DNA of 32,000 nt, taken from positions 2,670,001 through 2,702,000 of the forward strand of contig OY759724.1 in assembly GCA_963662715.1 (NCBI GenBank), in the 5' to 3' direction. The stretch is from Candidatus Omnitrophota bacterium. Lineage in GTDB: Bacteria > Omnitrophota > Gorgyraeia > Zapsychrales > JANLHA01. The position numbers and the translations under genes are program-made. Numbering within the stretch: position 1 is the first letter of the stretch; each line of letters opens with the position of its first letter. Below are positions 31,496 to 32,000 of the stretch, piece by piece. Below the pieces are notes generated by a model, which was not told where the DNA came from, ran no database searches, and saw nothing but the letters and a program-made list of their open reading frames with translations.

Positions 31496-32000
31496 ATGGC
31501 CTATGAATATACGGTGGGTAAAATTTTGAATTTGCGGGAGGAACAGGAAAAAACCCTCAAGACACCGTGTTTGAAACCCAATGTTATTTTGCAGGGGATG
31601 TATATCACCTTTGATCTTTTTTATGGGCCAAAGCGCACCCTCCCGAAGTTTCTTGTCCTGGAAATTCTGGCCCGCTACCCTTATTGGGCCTGGGAACAGG
31701 GAAGCTATAAAAAACTTTCCCGGATTTATGCTCGCCCCGCACCGGCAGACCAAGAAACGGTTAAGCAACTGCTGCAGACGATTCAGTTAGGCCGGGACAG
31801 CCAGGATAATGAACAGTGGCATATGTTGCTGTTGGCTGATATTATTCAGCAGAAGGGGATCCGGCTGGGGTGGCTGAAACATGGCCTTCTGCCAAGAATT
31901 ATGGCCGGTGTCTATTATTGTCTTACTCGTCTTATTTATTGGATTAAGCCTGCCTGGTCGTTCTCCATGAATGCCGCTTTTGAATCTCATGCCGAACACG
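31496..32000 (+). CDS. Alternative-oxidase (AOX/PTOX)-like di-iron carboxylate protein, 5' portion; runs off the window end (not in the ORF track)
   Basis: My own translation from the ATG at 31496 (GGAGGAAG 7 nt upstream) is open for 168 codons to the window edge: MAYEYTVGK...KFLVLEILARYPYWAWE...GRDSQDNEQWHMLLL...SMNAAFESHAEH. LEI / NEQWHM / FESHAEH resemble AOX LET / NERMHL / LEEEA, with spacings of about 50 and 57 aa versus about 39 and 51 in AOX. Confidence 0.55.
   Translation, partial: MAYEYTVGKILNLREEQEKTLKTPCLKPNVILQGMYITFDLFYGPKRTLPKFLVLEILARYPYWAWEQGSYKKLSRIYARPAPADQETVKQLLQTIQLGRDSQDNEQWHMLLLADIIQQKGIRLGWLKHGLLPRIMAGVYYCLTRLIYWIKPAWSFSMNAAFESHAEH

Noticed and set aside
31463-31999. 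Two minus-strand ORFs (31463-31768, 31787-31999) offered by the track at the window end
   Set aside because: The + strand frame from 31496 is open to the window edge, has a strong RBS, continues the operon and contains di-iron E/ExxH-type motifs. The minus-strand products have no features.
1-32000. Search by eye for CRISPR arrays, tRNA/rRNA genes, transposases, integrases, long direct or terminal inverted repeats, and toxin-antitoxin-sized gene pairs
   Set aside because: I saw no regularly spaced repeats and no T-loop-like GGTTCGAAT contexts in the short intergenic gaps. No DDE or tyrosine-recombinase-like ORFs were evident. Intergenic gaps are short, at most about 270 nt, and AT-rich like ordinary promoters. 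A computational scan (tRNAscan-SE, Infernal/Rfam, a CRISPR finder) would still be needed to exclude small RNAs.

Overview
The window is a gene-dense chromosomal stretch, apparently from a Gram-negative, probably anaerobic or microaerophilic bacterium. That reading rests on rubredoxin, three radical-SAM-type proteins, HypB, a Tat motif and a TamB-like protein. I recognised no rRNA, tRNA, CRISPR array, transposase or integrase, so it does not look like a classical mobile island. Almost everything is coding, mostly on the + strand. Contents in order: (1) 1-3901, a phosphorelay cluster: histidine kinase fragment, REC-AraC regulator, REC-PAS-histidine kinase hybrid, lone REC. (2) 4172-9089, a tightly spaced module: secreted beta-sandwich protein, ECF sigma factor, TM-less anti-sigma-like protein, CHAT (caspase-fold) protease with TM and TPR-like tail, polytopic membrane protein. 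(3) 9121-11088 on the minus strand, a B12-binding radical SAM enzyme fused to a polytopic membrane domain. (4) 11232-14269, divergent from it, a translationally coupled speE / saccharopine-dehydrogenase-like / SET-domain methyltransferase / TPR operon. (5) 14416-19085, a small membrane protein, DUF1848, a tandem-REC protein, a short TamB-like protein, and two small minus-strand envelope proteins. (6) 19248-22089, a PflX-type radical SAM protein with a Tat-like N-terminus, a 53-aa rubredoxin absent from the ORF track, an FNR-like oxidoreductase, and an orphan hypB. (7) 22316-32000, one long chemotaxis operon, cheX-cheY-cheW-cheW-pilZ-cheR-cheB-cheA-cheD-cheC-cheY-CBS. It ends in an AOX-like di-iron protein whose ORF runs off the window and is also absent from the track. 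No MCP is present. My best candidate for an undescribed system is the ECF sigma / soluble anti-sigma-like / CHAT protease module. Next come the speE-SDH-SET amine-modification operon with its divergent membrane-embedded B12-radical SAM enzyme, then the MCP-less, PilZ- and AOX-containing che operon. All functional calls come from motif recognition by eye; no database search was run.
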